Both the position numbers and the translations under genes were made by a program. DNA of 64,000 nucleotides from Marsupella aquatica (lineage: Eukaryota; Plantae; Marchantiophyta). The stretch is from NCBI GenBank assembly GCA_973895155.1, contig OZ316891.1, positions 6,109,708 through 6,173,707 on the forward strand, written 5' to 3'. Shown here piece after piece: positions 61,373 through 64,000 of the stretch. The notes under the pieces are model-generated. The model had not been told where the DNA came from. It saw only the letters and a list, made by a program, of their open reading frames with translations, and did no database searches. Position 1 is the stretch's first letter; every line of letters begins with the position of its first letter.

Positions 61373-62003
61373 AGCTCCCAATCATCTCATCTTTCATTGA
61401 CTATGTTGTTGTTGGACTTGCAACAAAGACTACATGGGACAAGCAATCTCCTTTTAGGTGATAAATTTTGATTTCGCATGTTGAGCAAATATTGCCAAAA
61501 GGGAACAATATTTTGGGGTCTTGAAAGGAGGCAAGAACAACATTCAATTAAGTCCATTTGCCTCAAGTATGAAGTCATTCAAACATGCAAGAATGATTGT
61601 ATCCTCATTTTAGGAAGAGTATGTCGGTGCAATTACATGCCCCATCTAACACAATTAGGACTTTCCGGCCCATTCTAACACAATAGAAATTTGTCTTTTT
61701 GCCAAAATGAAAATTTTCTCATTCTCCCAGCATCGGACTTTCCCATTCTCTCAACATCGGACTTTGCCATTATATCACAATTGGATATAATATCCATTAC
61801 ATTCTTATCAACTACAGAACTTTTCCAATCAATATTGAAATGCACATCATTTTCATTACAAAAACCATCGGACATATCAATCACATTTTTTTCAGGGGAT
61901 CCGATGTGTTTTGTAATGGATATGATCCATTTTTTACCGCATCGGAAAGGTTTCGTTGTTAATCACATCGGAAATGAAGATATCCAAAGCTGAGAGTATG
62001 GCA
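61373..62003. mobile_element. partial second copy of the right half of the 59026..61022 CACTA
   Basis: Aligns with about 60250-60920; the duplicated ORF-track peptides MTSYLRQMDLIECCS and MLSKYCQKGTIFWG appear in both. Confidence 0.88.
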
Positions 62004-62400
62004 CACTAGTACATTTTACGGTCGTTTAGCGATGTTTAAACCATTGGGCGCCTTTGGGGCAATGCCACACCATTTTTTAGGTTTCCGTAACCAATTGCAT
62101 CGCTACGTCCAATACTCCCAGATTGGGAATTCAACCATTGGACCTTTTTTGGAACACCCGATACGGCAACTATTGGACTTTGCGTATCTCCTCTTCTCAG
62201 ATAGATTAGTGATCCGATGTCTCAAGTGTCGGAACAAGCCTCTACTTTCGCCAGGTGAAAACATTGCGTCTGACGGTAGTCTGTATGAAATTACAAGGCA
62301 TATTGCGTTAAAAATGGCTATTGGACATTGCGATGGTGGAAGTAACGGAATTTTCGACAGTTTCAGTATGGGAATGTGACATATAATTGCGATTTCCCTG
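62004..62400 (+). mobile_element. left end of another CACTA-family element nested in the partial copy (right end not identified)
   Basis: CACTAGTACATTTTAC, identical to the 59026 terminus, begins exactly where similarity to 60920 breaks. Confidence 0.75.
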
Positions 62401-64000
62401 TGTAGAGGTCATAGGAGGCACTGGACCCATGCCACCACCACCACCATGTGACGCTAGAGAGTCATGGGAAGGTCCACTCCCCCCACTTGCATGGCAAGTA
62501 TGAAAGGAAGCTGCACCACCCCGACTAGCCCCATTGCCAATGGACTGCCATGATGTACCACCCCTGCTCCCTCTTGAATGGCCAGGGGCAATATGAGCAC
62601 CCCCAGTCTGGGCTCAAGGGTGAGAGACACCAACACCAACGGCTGTACTCCCTCCTAACTGGCCAGGGGCAGGTTGACCACCCCCATTGCGGCCTGAGTG
62701 GTGAGAGACAACACCGACACTACCTCTACTCCCTCCTGACTGACCTCCTGTTTCATTTTTATATGTTTTTCTAAAGTACTTTTGGAAAAATCTTGAAAAG
62801 GGAATTTGGGCCTTGGACTCATCCCTTAGTTAAGGCTCCATGTTTATGGTGCCCATTTTTTAAGTTGATCTCAGATACTGATGACTCCCAATCTCCAGGC
62901 CCATGATTTAAATTTCAAGTAAAACTCCTTGCCAAGTGCTTTGGTGATGATCTCTATGTCTATTTTGGATTGTCTGATTTGTTAAAAAAAAAGTTACATT
63001 GACATACTTCACTCAAAAGGTTTCTTAATGAAACATTAGTCATTCAAATATGAACAGACTGTTGGAGGGGTTTTTGCTAGTGAGGCTTATTGTTACTTGC
63101 GGCCAACAAGTCCAAACCTTGGTATGAGGAAAAAATTACAAGGAGTTTTTTTTACTCGTAACAGCAAAAAAACACTGTTATGAGCAAATGTTTTCCTGTT
63201 TCCTCGCATGGTAGTCATACCCCTTATTACCAGGGGATCAAACTAGACCAACATCAAACTAGGTAATTTAAGCGGGGGTAAAAGCCCCACGTACATAAGG
63301 TAGGATAAATTTAGTTGCCTACCCGGGGACATGACTGTTTTGACTGGCTGGTGATATCAGGCCACAACATATTTTGTGCTGTACCCAGAGGTATTTACTT
63401 AGTTGACCATGCCAAACTGCAATTTATTCTACCCAACTCAAGGAATCCCAAATAATAATAAATGATGTAACTTTACAAAACCCCATCTTGTTTCTGTGTG
63501 AAAACCCTCTATCCAAACCAGATTATATGGTTTTTCTAAAATACGGGTCTAGAGCCAAACTAGCTACAGACTTTTTAGAAAATTGACGAGAATTACAACA
63601 AGTTTAGGAATGTTGTGCACCAAAGACCATACTATATAACTATGTAAATCAACAAGCTTTTAAAGTGGGAACACCAATTTTCTTCAAATTCATAATTTTC
63701 TTATAGCCAACTTGTTATTTTGTATATAAATTAACAGTTTTTTATTAACCTGTCCCCCTAACTTGTTGAAATTCGTAAGGTGTCCCCCAAATGATTTTAC
63801 TTACTTCCCTGCCTCCCATTCCGTATAAGGAATAGTATTTTCTCATCTTTGGGGTTCCAGATGCCAGGTGGCAAGGTGTCATTGGCCCGGATGTTTCTGC
63901 CCGAATCACAGTATTCATTTAAACTGGAAATTTAAAAGTCCAGATTGTGATCCTCAAATTTACATTCTTGTCTCTACAAAGTCCATTAATTTTGCTCCAG

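Overview
This is eukaryotic plant genomic DNA, not prokaryotic: it has GT-AG introns, an STP sugar transporter, and copia and CACTA elements. The gene content suggests a non-seed plant such as a bryophyte, but that is an inference. 1-8.2 kb: an intact, intronless head-to-head pair of a coiled-coil GIL1/IRKI-C-terminal-domain gene (-) and an atypical HSPA12-type Hsp70 (+), preceded by a decayed copy of the same pair. I propose this is a dedicated Hsp70 plus GrpE-like partner module, and it is the best candidate for a new system. 9.8-12 kb: a 4-exon STP hexose transporter. 13-25 kb: a 5'-truncated CACTA/EnSpm element abutting a truncated BRWD/PHIP-like WD40 gene with one long intron-free 5' exon. 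29-62 kb: a rearranged amplicon-like region of direct and nested inverted duplications. It carries intronless copies of Sin3-like, cyclin T, BRWD and Nudix genes, a decayed full-length copia with two MITEs in its 3' LTR, a solo LTR, foldback hairpins and non-autonomous CACTA elements. All family assignments come from motif recognition by eye; no database searches were run.
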